Assembly: GCA_963756345.1 (NCBI GenBank)
Contig: CAVWNM010000001.1
Coordinates: 24,773 to 88,772 of the forward strand
Source of the DNA: an uncultured Actinomycetota bacterium
GTDB lineage: Bacteria > Actinomycetota > Actinomycetes > Actinomycetales > Microbacteriaceae
DNA length: 64,000 nucleotides
Direction of reading: 5' to 3'
The position numbers were made by a program, and so were the translations under genes. The number at the start of each line of letters is the position of its first letter. Positions within the stretch are counted from its first letter, which is position 1. Of this stretch, positions 10,405 to 19,824 are shown one piece after another. The notes under the pieces are model-generated. The model made no database searches. It saw nothing but the letters and a program-made list of their open reading frames with translations, and had not been told where the DNA came from.

Positions 10405-12198
10405 ATGACGCAGAGCAACGCGAAGCGGTTGCGGAGCAACCAGTTCTACAGTTCCAACACGATGATCTCCGTCATCCGTAACGGGCATATGCACTCCCTC
10501 GGGTTGCCCGAGGGCGCGCTGAGGTCGGGGAAGCCGGTTATCGGCATCGCGAACAGCGCGTCGGATCTAGCCCCGTGCAACGCACACCTGAGCGACCTTG
10601 CGGAGTCTGTGAAGCGGGGCGTTCTTGATGCGGGCGGTATTCCGCTGGTGTTCCCGACGATCAGTCTCGGCGAGACGAATATGGCACCGACGACCATGCT
10701 CTTCCGGAACCTCATGAGCATGGACGTCGAGGAGATGATCCGGGCCAGTCCGATCGACGGAGTGGTACTGCTCGGAGGTTGTGACAAGACCGCGCCGGCG
10801 CAGCTCATGGGGGCGGCGAGTGTGGACATCCCCACCCTGGTTGTTACCGGCGGACCGATGCTCACCAGCCGATTCAGGGGCAAACCGCTGGGCACCGGCA
10901 CCACGGCGTCGAAGATGGCTGACCAGGTGCGAACCGGCGAGATCACGCCCGGTGAGTTCTTCGCTACTGAAGTTTGTTACGCCCGGAGCGCTGGCCACTG
11001 CGCCGTGATGGGGACGGCGTCGACCATGGGCAGCACGATCGAGGCTCTCGGCATGCAGCTCCCGGGCACCTCTTCGATTCCCGCCCCCGAGACGGGCAGG
11101 CGGCTCGCGGCGCATGAGGCAGGCCGACGCATCGTGGACATGGTCGCCGAAGACCTGCGACCGTCCACGATCATGACCCGAGCTGCCTTCGAGAACGCGA
11201 TCAAAGTGAGTGCGGCACTCAACGGATCGACCAACGCGGTGCTGCATCTCTTGGCGATCGCGGGGAGGGTCGGAGTCGAGCTGTCTCTCGACGATTTCGA
11301 CCGGTGGGGCAGGGACATCCCTCTCCTGGCGAACCTGCAACCCACCGGAACGTACTTCATGGAGGACTTCCATCACGCCGGCGGCCTGCCGGCGCTGATG
11401 GCCCGTCTCACAGATCACCTCAATCTCGACGCAATCACTGTGAGCGGCTCGACGGTCGGCGAGAACCTCGCCTCGGCCGAGTGCTACGACGATGATGTGA
11501 TCCGGACCGTTGAGACCGCGTTGGGAACCGGCTTCGGCACTGCCGTGCTTCGGGGCAACCTGGCCCCACAGGGCGCTGTAATCAAACAGGCGACCGCGAG
11601 CGAGTCGCTGATGGTTCACCGTGGGAGAGCGGTCGTCTTCGATTCCATCCGCGACTGCCAGCTGCACATCGATGACATCGACCTCGACATCGATGCGACG
11701 TCGGTTCTCGTGGTGAGAAACGCGGGACCGGCTGGGTACCCGGGGATGCCCGAGGTAGGAAAGCTCCCGATCCCGCGGAAGCTGCTGGCCGCTGGAGTGA
11801 CCGACATGGTGCGCATATCGGATGCCCGAATCAGCGGCACGTCGTTCGGTACCGTCATCGTGCATGTCGCACCTGAGGCAGCCAAGGGCGGGCCGATCGC
11901 GCTAGTTCGTAACGGCGATGTCATCAGTCTCGACATCCCGAACCGCAGCCTTGTGCTGGAGGTGGATGAAGTCGAGCTCGAGAGCCGCAGAGCGCTCCTT
12001 GCCTCTGAGGAGGTGCGGTTCGAGCGCGGCTATGCGCGCCTGTACGTGGATCACGTTCTGCAGGCCGACCGCGGTGCCGATTTTGACTTCCTGGTGGGCA
12101 GTAGCGGGCCCGATTTCACCGGGGGAGACCCCCACCTCCCGCCTGACGAGAACGAATTGCTGCGACCAGCCTTCTCAGCGGCGGAGGCGACAGCATGA
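10405..12198 (+). CDS. IlvD/EDD-family sugar-acid dehydratase (arabinonate/galactonate/xylonate dehydratase-like)
   Basis: IlvD/EDD-family motifs (CNAHL, GGCDKTAPA, SGTSFG). About 598 aa from ATG 10405. Substrate is not assignable from sequence alone. Confidence 0.8.
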   Translation: MTQSNAKRLRSNQFYSSNTMISVIRNGHMHSLGLPEGALRSGKPVIGIANSASDLAPCNAHLSDLAESVKRGVLDAGGIPLVFPTISLGETNMAPTTMLFRNLMSMDVEEMIRASPIDGVVLLGGCDKTAPAQLMGAASVDIPTLVVTGGPMLTSRFRGKPLGTGTTASKMADQVRTGEITPGEFFATEVCYARSAGHCAVMGTASTMGSTIEALGMQLPGTSSIPAPETGRRLAAHEAGRRIVDMVAEDLRPSTIMTRAAFENAIKVSAALNGSTNAVLHLLAIAGRVGVELSLDDFDRWGRDIPLLANLQPTGTYFMEDFHHAGGLPALMARLTDHLNLDAITVSGSTVGENLASAECYDDDVIRTVETALGTGFGTAVLRGNLAPQGAVIKQATASESLMVHRGRAVVFDSIRDCQLHIDDIDLDIDATSVLVVRNAGPAGYPGMPEVGKLPIPRKLLAAGVTDMVRISDARISGTSFGTVIVHVAPEAAKGGPIALVRNGDVISLDIPNRSLVLEVDEVELESRRALLASEEVRFERGYARLYVDHVLQADRGADFDFLVGSSGPDFTGGDPHLPPDENELLRPAFSAAEATA

Positions 12199-13100
12199 CA
12201 ACGTTTCGCGGTATCTACAGCATCCCGGTGACCCCCTTTGACGAATCCGGGGACGTCGACCTGGGTGCGCTGAGATCGGTCGTCGACTGGTGCATCTCGG
12301 AAGGCGCTCATGGTCTTGTGACGCCCGTGTTTGTGAGCGAGTTTTTCACCCTCACCGAGGAAGAAGCGCACCTGGTGCTGACCACCACCATCAACGCGGC
12401 CGACGGCCGAGTTCCGGTGATCGCCGGCGTTTCTGCCCCGTCGACACGTGCCGTGAGGGAGGCGGGAGCCCGGGCGCGCGATGCCGGCGCGAGCGCGGCG
12501 ATCGCGCTTCCTCCTTACGTCAGGAAAGCGACTTTGGCGGGGGTGATCGAATACTTCGAGGTGCTCTCTGCTGCATTCGACGGGCCGGTGTTCGTTCAAA
12601 ATGCGGAGGGCCCGATCGGCACCCCCATGAGCGCCTCGCAGATGCTCGAGCTCACCAGGCGGATCCACCACGTTTCGTGGGTGAAGGAGGAAACTCTGCG
12701 GTCCAGCCACGTCATTACGGCTCTGCTCGCAACCTCAGGCGACGGTCTCACGGGCGTGATGGGAGGAAAGGGCAGCCGGTTTCTCCTGGATGAGTACCGT
12801 CGCGGCGTCGCCGGAACAATGCCGGGATGTGAGTTCACCCGACTCAACGTGGAGCTTTGGGGGGCCCTCGAGCGCTCGGATCTGGAGCGCGCTCACGACC
12901 TGCACTCGGTGCTGCTGCCGCTTGCATCGATGGAAGACCAGTACGGAGGGCCCGCATTCTGCAAGGAAGTTCTTCGTAAACGGGGGGTTATCTCCTCCAC
13001 GGTCGTCCGCGAGCCTGGTTCACCTCGCATCGACGCTCCAGCGGCACAACTGTTAGACGAACTTCTCGATAGGGCCGACGCAATGATGGGACAGAAGTGA
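12195..13100 (+). CDS. dihydrodipicolinate synthase/N-acetylneuraminate lyase (DapA) family protein, likely 2-keto-3-deoxy sugar-acid aldolase/dehydratase
   Basis: DHDPS-family N-terminus (IPVTPFDESGDVDLGALRSVVDWCISEGAHGLV). ATGA overlap with the upstream gene. Confidence 0.7.
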   Translation: MTTFRGIYSIPVTPFDESGDVDLGALRSVVDWCISEGAHGLVTPVFVSEFFTLTEEEAHLVLTTTINAADGRVPVIAGVSAPSTRAVREAGARARDAGASAAIALPPYVRKATLAGVIEYFEVLSAAFDGPVFVQNAEGPIGTPMSASQMLELTRRIHHVSWVKEETLRSSHVITALLATSGDGLTGVMGGKGSRFLLDEYRRGVAGTMPGCEFTRLNVELWGALERSDLERAHDLHSVLLPLASMEDQYGGPAFCKEVLRKRGVISSTVVREPGSPRIDAPAAQLLDELLDRADAMMGQK

Positions 13101-13981
13101 AGAAAGTGCTGGTAACCGGGGCCGCTGGCCGGGTCGGCCGCGATGTCGTCCGAGGGCTTCTCCATGCGGGCCACGGCGTTGTCGCGGTGGATATCGCATG
13201 GCCCGAGCGCCCTGATGGCAACGACCCAGAGCTGACAACGGCGACGTTGGATGTCACGGACCGGTCGGGATTGGCCGAGGTGGCACAGGGGTGCGATGCA
13301 ATCGTCCATCTCGCTGGAGTTCCCCGTCCGTTGCCCGACACGCCGGAGTTGAGCTTCGGCACCAACGTGATGGCTGCCTTTGCCGCATACCAGGTGGCAG
13401 CCGACCTCGGCATCGCGCGTGTGGTGGCCGCCTCCAGCGCCTCGGCGCTCGGACGCGCATGGGCGGAACGTCCCGAGGAGCCGCTGTACTTTCCGATCGA
13501 TGAAGCGCATCCCCTCCGGGCCGCCGATCACTATGCTCTCGCCAAAGGCACTGTCGAGAGGATAGGGCAGTCATTCTCGCGCGAAACGGGACTCACCGCG
13601 ATTGCGCTTCGCTTCCCGTGGGTGTCCATTGACGAGACGCTCCTGGATCGAGTTGCCCTCGCCAATGCCGAGCCCACTGGTGGAGTCTGGTTCCGGGATA
13701 TCTGGAGCTACGTCCGACCTGGCGATCTGGCGAGCGCGTTTGTCGCAGCGATCGCAGCCGATGCCGCGACTACTACTGTGAATATTGTCGCCCCGGACAC
13801 CCTGATGGAAACTCCCACCGAAACGCTGCTGAGACAGTATTTTCCCTCGGTCGAGATTCGCGAGCCGATCATCGGAAACACACCAGCGTGGAGTTTCGCG
13901 CACGCGCGAAACGTGCTCGGTTTCTCTCCGCTGACGTCTTGGCGCGACCTGCAGCCCCTCAGCGTGGAACGGGTCAACTGA
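13097..13981 (+). CDS. NAD-dependent epimerase/dehydratase (extended SDR) family protein
   Basis: N-terminal Rossmann motif VLVTGAAGRVGRDVV. GTGA overlap with the upstream gene. Confidence 0.7.
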   Translation: MKKVLVTGAAGRVGRDVVRGLLHAGHGVVAVDIAWPERPDGNDPELTTATLDVTDRSGLAEVAQGCDAIVHLAGVPRPLPDTPELSFGTNVMAAFAAYQVAADLGIARVVAASSASALGRAWAERPEEPLYFPIDEAHPLRAADHYALAKGTVERIGQSFSRETGLTAIALRFPWVSIDETLLDRVALANAEPTGGVWFRDIWSYVRPGDLASAFVAAIAADAATTTVNIVAPDTLMETPTETLLRQYFPSVEIREPIIGNTPAWSFAHARNVLGFSPLTSWRDLQPLSVERVN

Positions 13982-14943
13982 TGAAACTCTCCTATCAACT
14001 GACCCAGGATTTCGGCATTCGCGAGCTCGACTTCGTCAAGCAACTTGGGCTTGACGTTGTCTCAGTCAACCTGAATGCGCCCGGCCCCGGGGACCTGCAA
14101 CAGGCGGTCGCACGGATCACCGCGAGTGGACTGCAGGTAGGAAACATCGCCGACAAGCGCCTTCGCAACATGCCTGAGGTGACTCTGAACCTGCCGGGCA
14201 GAGACGAACGAATCACCGCATTTGCGGAACATCTCCGCGAGATTGCCGATCTCGGGATGCAGTACATGACCTACGCGCACATGGGTAACGGGATCTGGAC
14301 GTCTCCGCCGAGCACAACGCGCGGCGGTGCGGTCACTCGCAGCTACAGCGAACGTGACGCGTACGGTTTCTGGATTGACGACCGTTTTCACACGCCGCTG
14401 AGTCACGGTCGCACATTCTCGGAACAGGAAATTTGGGACAACCTCTTCTACTTCCTCGATCGAGTGCTCCCGGTGGCCGAGAATCTGGGCATCCGAATTG
14501 GGGTTCATCCGGACGACCCCCCACAGGCGGTGGTGGCCGGAGTTCCGAGGCCAGCCTTCTCCAGCCTCGACGGGTATGTTCGAGTTTTCGACACCGTGGA
14601 CTCCCCAGCGTTGGGGGCCTGCCTGTGCGTCGGGACGTGGCTCGAGGGCGGCAGCCACAGTGGTGATGTGCTCGGAGCCATCGAGGAGTTCGCTCGCCGG
14701 GGCAAACTCTGGAAAATTCACCTCCGGAACGTCAGCGCACCCCTGCCCGAATTCACGGAGACGTTCATCGATGATGGCTACGGAGACATCAGGGCCGTGG
14801 TCTCGGCGCTTGACCGCGTCGGGTTCGATGGCCTGATCATCGCAGACCACGTTCCGACGATGGTGGGCGGCGACCTCACCTCGTGGGCCTTCGCGATCGG
14901 CTACATTAAGGGCCTCATCTCCTCAACCGGATCGGGACTGTGA
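13981..14943 (+). CDS. uxuA: D-mannonate dehydratase
   Basis: UxuA-like sequence from ATG 13981 (MKLSYQL...), with a xylose-isomerase-like TIM barrel. ORF track start 13888 is an upstream extension overlapping the previous gene. Confidence 0.7.
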   Translation: MKLSYQLTQDFGIRELDFVKQLGLDVVSVNLNAPGPGDLQQAVARITASGLQVGNIADKRLRNMPEVTLNLPGRDERITAFAEHLREIADLGMQYMTYAHMGNGIWTSPPSTTRGGAVTRSYSERDAYGFWIDDRFHTPLSHGRTFSEQEIWDNLFYFLDRVLPVAENLGIRIGVHPDDPPQAVVAGVPRPAFSSLDGYVRVFDTVDSPALGACLCVGTWLEGGSHSGDVLGAIEEFARRGKLWKIHLRNVSAPLPEFTETFIDDGYGDIRAVVSALDRVGFDGLIIADHVPTMVGGDLTSWAFAIGYIKGLISSTGSGL

Positions 14944-15902
14944 ACTATTCGATCGCCGTAGGTTCCTATCAACCCGACCGGGCTGTAACACTCCACCGAC
15001 GCACGACGGAAGGATGGCAGACAGTCGGTCGCGGTGGACCTGGATTGACGTCTTTCATCGCTCCCACTCGCGACGGGCTGTCGGGCGTTGTCGAGGCCGA
15101 TGGTGGTCAGCTGGTGGAGCTTTCTCTGAATCACTCGTCCGTCTCTACGACGAGGCAGATCGCCCTTCACGAGTCCGCGCCCTGCTTCCTCCTGGTGTTG
15201 CCTGACTCCCGGGTACTCATCGCGAACTATGGGTCTGGCTCCGTGACTCTCATGCCGGGGCCGCACACCGTGCGATTCCCCGAATTGCCGGCGGGCCGGA
15301 CACCCCGGCAGGAGACACCTCACGCGCACCACGCCGTGGAGACCACGTGGGGGACCGTGCTCGTGTCCGATCTCGGATCGGATTGCCTCGTCGAACTCGC
15401 CGTCGACGCCGATCACCTTCGCGTGATCCGCACCATCCCTATCGCGGCTGGTGCAGGTCCGCGACATATGACCTGGCTGGGGTCTCGCTTGGTTGTGATC
15501 GGGGAACTTGACTCGGCTCTTCATGTCCTGTCCATCACGGAATCTGACGCGCGCGAGGTGCAGGTCATCCCCAGCTATGCGGGTGAAGCGGATGAGCGAT
15601 CACAGCCATCTCATGTTGCGACCGACGCGACCGGCCGGTGGGTTCTCGCGCTGAACAGGGGCCGTGACACGGTGGCGGTCTTCGACGGGGCGGAAGGATC
15701 CCTGCGGCTGCACAGCGAGGTGCCCTGTGGCGGTACATGGCCCAGACACTTCGCTTTCGTCGGGGATCGCGTCCTCGTCGCGAACCAGCGGTCTGACAGC
15801 ATCGCGGAGTTTGAGTTCAATCAGGATGCGGGAACGCTCCGTCTCATCTCATCCTTCGCGTCGCCCGCGCCATCCTGCATAGTGGAGATTAATCATGAAT
15901 GA
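14940..15902 (+). CDS. 7-bladed beta-propeller lactonase (6-phosphogluconolactonase / 3-carboxymuconate cyclase-like family)
   Basis: GTG start overlapping the uxuA stop. Repeated beta-propeller blade pattern. Family assignment is from overall composition and motif memory, so moderate. Confidence 0.55.
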   Translation: MNYSIAVGSYQPDRAVTLHRRTTEGWQTVGRGGPGLTSFIAPTRDGLSGVVEADGGQLVELSLNHSSVSTTRQIALHESAPCFLLVLPDSRVLIANYGSGSVTLMPGPHTVRFPELPAGRTPRQETPHAHHAVETTWGTVLVSDLGSDCLVELAVDADHLRVIRTIPIAAGAGPRHMTWLGSRLVVIGELDSALHVLSITESDAREVQVIPSYAGEADERSQPSHVATDATGRWVLALNRGRDTVAVFDGAEGSLRLHSEVPCGGTWPRHFAFVGDRVLVANQRSDSIAEFEFNQDAGTLRLISSFASPAPSCIVEINHE

Positions 15903-17929
15903 CAGCTCAACGTCGCGTCGGTCGACGTGTTCTGGGCGCACAGGTGTGGTTCGCGCCGGACGAGTACGACACCGATGCCGAGATCGATGCTGTCTTCGAC
16001 ACGATGGCCCGGCATCAGATGCTGCTGGCCAGGGTGAGTCTGAACTGGAACTACGTCAACCCATCACCGGGCGTGTGGGACTTCGACCTTTTCGACCGGG
16101 TGTTCGCCTCGGCTCACCGGCACGGAGTGCAGATCACCGCAACGATCTGGCCGCAGGGCAAGTCAGCGACGCTCGGCAACGTTCCTGATACCAGCGACCG
16201 CTGGAGGATGGGCGAGGAGTACCTCGCCCGCGTCATCGAACACTTCCGGCACGCACCCGCTCTCGAAAGCTGGGTGGTCATGAACGAGCCGGGACAGCCG
16301 CCCGCCGAGACGCCGTTCGCACGCCAGCGATTCCGCGCATGGCTGAGCGATCGGTACGGAACTATCGACGAGCTCAACACGGCATGGATACAACGAAGCG
16401 CACTGACTCCTCATGCCCCGTTCGCGAGTTTCGACGAGATCGAATTCCGCGAAGCCGACTTCGACCCCGTGGTCTGGCTTGTGCCGCTGATGGACTGGCA
16501 GGAGTTCTGGCGAGACCACCTGGCCTGGTACATGGGGTGGGTCGCCGCACAGGTTCGACGTATCGATCCGGACCACTCGCTTCATGCGAACCCCCACGGC
16601 GTCATCGCCAACCTCGCGGGCCATTCCTTCGACTTCCCCCAGTGGCGGGAGTTCCTGGACTCCCTGGGGGTGTCGATCTATCCGCTGCATATGCGAGCTT
16701 TCGGTGCGCAGCGGCACACGCTCGCGTTCTCCTACGTGATCGAACTTCTTCAGGGCGCCATGGGCACGAAACCTGTGTGGGTGACGGAGCTCGTGGGTGG
16801 ACACGTGCACTTCTCCCACGACAGCGCCTATTCGCCAGACCCGATCCAGCTCGCCCAGTGGCTCTGGGTCTCATACGCCAGCGGCGCCGAGCGCGTAGTC
16901 ATGTGGATGCTCAACGGCCGATGGAAGGCACGGGAGGCGGGCGAGTTCAGCCTTCTCGACTATCTGCGCCGTCCAACCGACCGACTCAGAGCGATTTCGG
17001 ATGTCATCACGTGCATCAATGAGGACCTCGACGGCCTGGAGGGCTCCGAGCCCATGGTCGCCAATGTGACTCTGCTGGTGAGTCCCGAGACGATGTCCCA
17101 GCAGTGGATCAGAGAGAAGAGCGATGGAGCACCGGGTCGGGGCAAGGACGCGCACCTGCTGAGCCTGCTCGGAGTGTTCGAAGCGCTCGCCGCGCTCGGA
17201 GTGGCCCCGGCGATCGCCCATGCCGACGACTTCGGGTGGGAGGACTCACGCGCGGAACCGCATCTGCTGATCGTGCCCCACGTCACGGTGATGAGCTCTG
17301 AGTTGCTGTCGCGCCTGCAGAGCTTCGTGCAGTTGGGTAACCATGTCGTGATCGAGGGGCATTCTGGTTTCTACGATCGCACCGGCATGTTCTGGCCAAT
17401 GGAGAAGGTGTTCCCGCTCGAAGCTCTGGTGGGCGCGCGACCGATCGAGATCGAGCTGCCCGCGCACGACATCGAATTGTTGTTGGGGGATGGAGCGCCG
17501 CTCTCGATGCACATGTGGGAAACGAAGCTCGAAATCACGACCGGAGCAACGATCGCCTCCGTCGAGGGCAGACCAGCCGGAACCCAGCAAGGAACCGTGG
17601 TGTGGCTTCCGCAACTGCTGGGGTTGGCCTCGTTCCAGGGCAGTCCGCAGCGACTCGCCGAGGCTCTCGCCCCTCTGGTCGAACCTTTCCGCACAGATCC
17701 GTTCCGACTCACGTCGACTCCCGGGGCCATCGTGCTCCGTACACTGCGGTTGCGCGATGGCTACCTCACGGTCGTTGCCAACCAGACCTCGGAGGCGCAG
17801 GTGGTGAGGCTTGAGGCTCCCACGGGATTTATCGGCGAGTCCGTTGCCGCGTCGGCGGAGTTTGACTCACAGGGTGACTGCGAGTTGAGCGCTCACTCGA
17901 CGGTCGTCACGCGATGGCGTCTGCCGTGA
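15899..17929 (+). CDS. glycoside hydrolase family 42 (beta-galactosidase / alpha-L-arabinopyranosidase-like)
   Basis: 676 aa. GH42 catalytic-region motif WVVMNEPG, a trimerisation-type middle domain and a C-terminal beta-sandwich. ATGA overlap with the lactonase. Confidence 0.75.
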   Translation: MTAQRRVGRRVLGAQVWFAPDEYDTDAEIDAVFDTMARHQMLLARVSLNWNYVNPSPGVWDFDLFDRVFASAHRHGVQITATIWPQGKSATLGNVPDTSDRWRMGEEYLARVIEHFRHAPALESWVVMNEPGQPPAETPFARQRFRAWLSDRYGTIDELNTAWIQRSALTPHAPFASFDEIEFREADFDPVVWLVPLMDWQEFWRDHLAWYMGWVAAQVRRIDPDHSLHANPHGVIANLAGHSFDFPQWREFLDSLGVSIYPLHMRAFGAQRHTLAFSYVIELLQGAMGTKPVWVTELVGGHVHFSHDSAYSPDPIQLAQWLWVSYASGAERVVMWMLNGRWKAREAGEFSLLDYLRRPTDRLRAISDVITCINEDLDGLEGSEPMVANVTLLVSPETMSQQWIREKSDGAPGRGKDAHLLSLLGVFEALAALGVAPAIAHADDFGWEDSRAEPHLLIVPHVTVMSSELLSRLQSFVQLGNHVVIEGHSGFYDRTGMFWPMEKVFPLEALVGARPIEIELPAHDIELLLGDGAPLSMHMWETKLEITTGATIASVEGRPAGTQQGTVVWLPQLLGLASFQGSPQRLAEALAPLVEPFRTDPFRLTSTPGAIVLRTLRLRDGYLTVVANQTSEAQVVRLEAPTGFIGESVAASAEFDSQGDCELSAHSTVVTRWRLP

Positions 17930-18723
17930 GTGTCACCGGCTTCGACATCATCGTCGGTGCCGGGCAGTCAAATGCTTTGCAATCCGACGAGCCGATTCTC
18001 GGAGAGCGCGTAGTGGATGCTCGGGTGCACATCTGGGAGGGTGAGACCAGTCGTGTGGTCGAGTCGAGCGAGACCTACCTGCTGCCCGAGTTCGCGAGGG
18101 AATACGTTCGGACGCTCGCACCCGATCGACGAGTGCTGCTTGTGTCTGCCGCCGAAGGCGCGACGGGCTTCACGACGTCATCACTGGATCCTTGCCCACC
18201 GGGCTACAAGCCGGGGGTGGGCACGTGGGATCGCGAGCTGGTCGGTGACCCGGTGAATCTGTATGGTCGGCTCGTCGACCGCGCTACAAACGCTGTGCAG
18301 TCGAACGCAGGATCGCGCCTTGTCTGCCTTCTGTGGTCGCAGGGCGAATCGGATTGCATTCGGGAGCCTTTTCTCGATGAACGGGAGTACGCCGCTCGCC
18401 TTGATGACTTGATCGTGACGTTTCGCGCCGACGTGGGCGTGCCGGATCTCCCGGTGATCGTCGGGTCGATGGTTCCTGAGTGGTACCGGGAGACAGTCGA
18501 GCGACGCAGTATCGCGACAGCGCTCGAGGAAACCCCCTTCCGGCTGCCCTTCGTTTCCTACGTGTGGGGGCCTTCGGGTCTCCCGAAAGCGAATGAGCCG
18601 ATCCATTGGGCCACCGCGGCCCAACAGGTCCGCGGCAAGGAGATGGCCACATCGGGCCTCGGAGAAGCGATTAGCAACACTGAGGCCGTCCGCTATCGTG
18701 TGGGTCGTCATGCCCAGGCTTGA
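17914..18723 (+). CDS. SASA-family carbohydrate esterase (sialate O-acetylesterase-like SGNH hydrolase)
   Basis: GQSNA nucleophile motif near the N-terminus (IVGAGQSNALQ), characteristic of the DUF303/SASA esterase family. Confidence 0.65.
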   Translation: MASAVSVTGFDIIVGAGQSNALQSDEPILGERVVDARVHIWEGETSRVVESSETYLLPEFAREYVRTLAPDRRVLLVSAAEGATGFTTSSLDPCPPGYKPGVGTWDRELVGDPVNLYGRLVDRATNAVQSNAGSRLVCLLWSQGESDCIREPFLDEREYAARLDDLIVTFRADVGVPDLPVIVGSMVPEWYRETVERRSIATALEETPFRLPFVSYVWGPSGLPKANEPIHWATAAQQVRGKEMATSGLGEAISNTEAVRYRVGRHAQA

Positions 18724-19690
18724 TCTTTCGCTTGAGGAGTTGCTCAACTACCGTCCGGCCGTCGACGAGGCCGACGACTTCGACAGCTTCTGGGAGATCA
18801 CTCTGCGCGAGGCGCGCGAGTCCCGCGCTCGTCCCACCCTGACTCCCGTCGAGACCGACCTCTCCGAGTTTCAGGTTTTCGATGTGACTTTCCCGGGGTT
18901 CGCCGGAGAACTGGTGAAAGCGTGGCTGACAGTGCCGCTGCATCGAGAACACCCCCTGCCCGCGGTGGTGGAGTTCAACCCCTATGGGGGCGGGCGAGGC
19001 CTCCCTCATGAGCGACTCGCCTGGCCGGCCGCGGGGTACGCCTACCTCAACATGGATACCCGAGGTCAGGGGAGCTCATGGGGTTCGGGAGGCTCAACGC
19101 CCGATCCGCACGGTGCGCCCCCATCGGTTCCGGGCTTTGCGACGCGCGGAATCGAGAACCCCGCCGGGTACTACTACCGCCGGTTGTACACGGACGCAGT
19201 CAGGGCCGTCGATGCGGTCCGCTCCCTGGAGATGATTGATTCCGAAAAAGTCGTTGTCACCGGCGCGAGCCAGGGCGGGGGAGTCGCACTGGCCGTTGCG
19301 GGTCTCGCGCCTGAGCTCGCCGCGGTCATGACGGACGTTCCGTTTCTGAGCAACCTTGCCCGCGGCGTCGGTCTCTTCGACTCTGACCCATACGCCGAGA
19401 TAGTGAAGTACCTCGCGGTGCATCGCGGGAGCGAAGCGCGTGTTTTCGACACGCTCTCGTATTTCGACGGGGTCAACTTTGCCAAACGTGCCCGTGTCCC
19501 GGCTCTGTACTCCGTCGGTCTCATGGACCCGGTGTGTCCGCCATCGACAGTCTTCGCGTCATATAACCACTATGCGGGGGATGCCGAAATCGAGGTGTAT
19601 CCCTACAACCAGCACGAAGGCGGAGGTAGCCAGCATTGGGCGGTTCAAGCCCGGTGGTTGCGGAGCACGCTGGCTGGACTGACCGGCTAA
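18710..19690 (+). CDS. CE7 acetylxylan esterase / cephalosporin-C deacetylase family
   Basis: Start ATG 18710 (MPRLDLSLEELLNYRP...). GASQGG nucleophile elbow and overall AXE1 architecture. ORF track start 18593 overlaps the upstream gene. Confidence 0.8.
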   Translation: MPRLDLSLEELLNYRPAVDEADDFDSFWEITLREARESRARPTLTPVETDLSEFQVFDVTFPGFAGELVKAWLTVPLHREHPLPAVVEFNPYGGGRGLPHERLAWPAAGYAYLNMDTRGQGSSWGSGGSTPDPHGAPPSVPGFATRGIENPAGYYYRRLYTDAVRAVDAVRSLEMIDSEKVVVTGASQGGGVALAVAGLAPELAAVMTDVPFLSNLARGVGLFDSDPYAEIVKYLAVHRGSEARVFDTLSYFDGVNFAKRARVPALYSVGLMDPVCPPSTVFASYNHYAGDAEIEVYPYNQHEGGGSQHWAVQARWLRSTLAGLTG

Positions 19691-19757
19691 CCCACGTTGG
19701 TGCCGATGTAAGGGTGGCGTTCGGTCTGACGGTTGGGAGGGCTGCCGCGAATCCGGT

Positions 19758-19778
19758 GCCGCCATCGGTGATGGCGGC
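19758..19778. terminator. hairpin between convergent genes (GCCGCCATC-GGT-GATGGCGGC)
   Basis: A 9-bp perfect stem with a 3-nt loop, read in the 135-bp convergent intergenic region. No U-tract follows, so it may act as a factor-dependent or bidirectional terminator. Confidence 0.3.
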
Positions 19779-19824
19779 GGCGATCTGAGTCATCATGAGC
19801 AGGGGGTGTGTGCGGACCGGCGAC

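Noticed and set aside
10567-11865. Long antisense ORFs inside real genes: 432 aa at 10567..11865, 545 aa at 20430..22067, 616 aa at 30945..32795, 327 aa at 25928..26911, 383 aa at 28523..29674, 400 aa at 60856..62058.
   Set aside because: Arg/Ala/Gly/Pro-rich translations with no domain-like motifs, lying opposite well-supported conserved genes. This is the typical stop-codon-poor antisense frame of a roughly 70 % GC genome.
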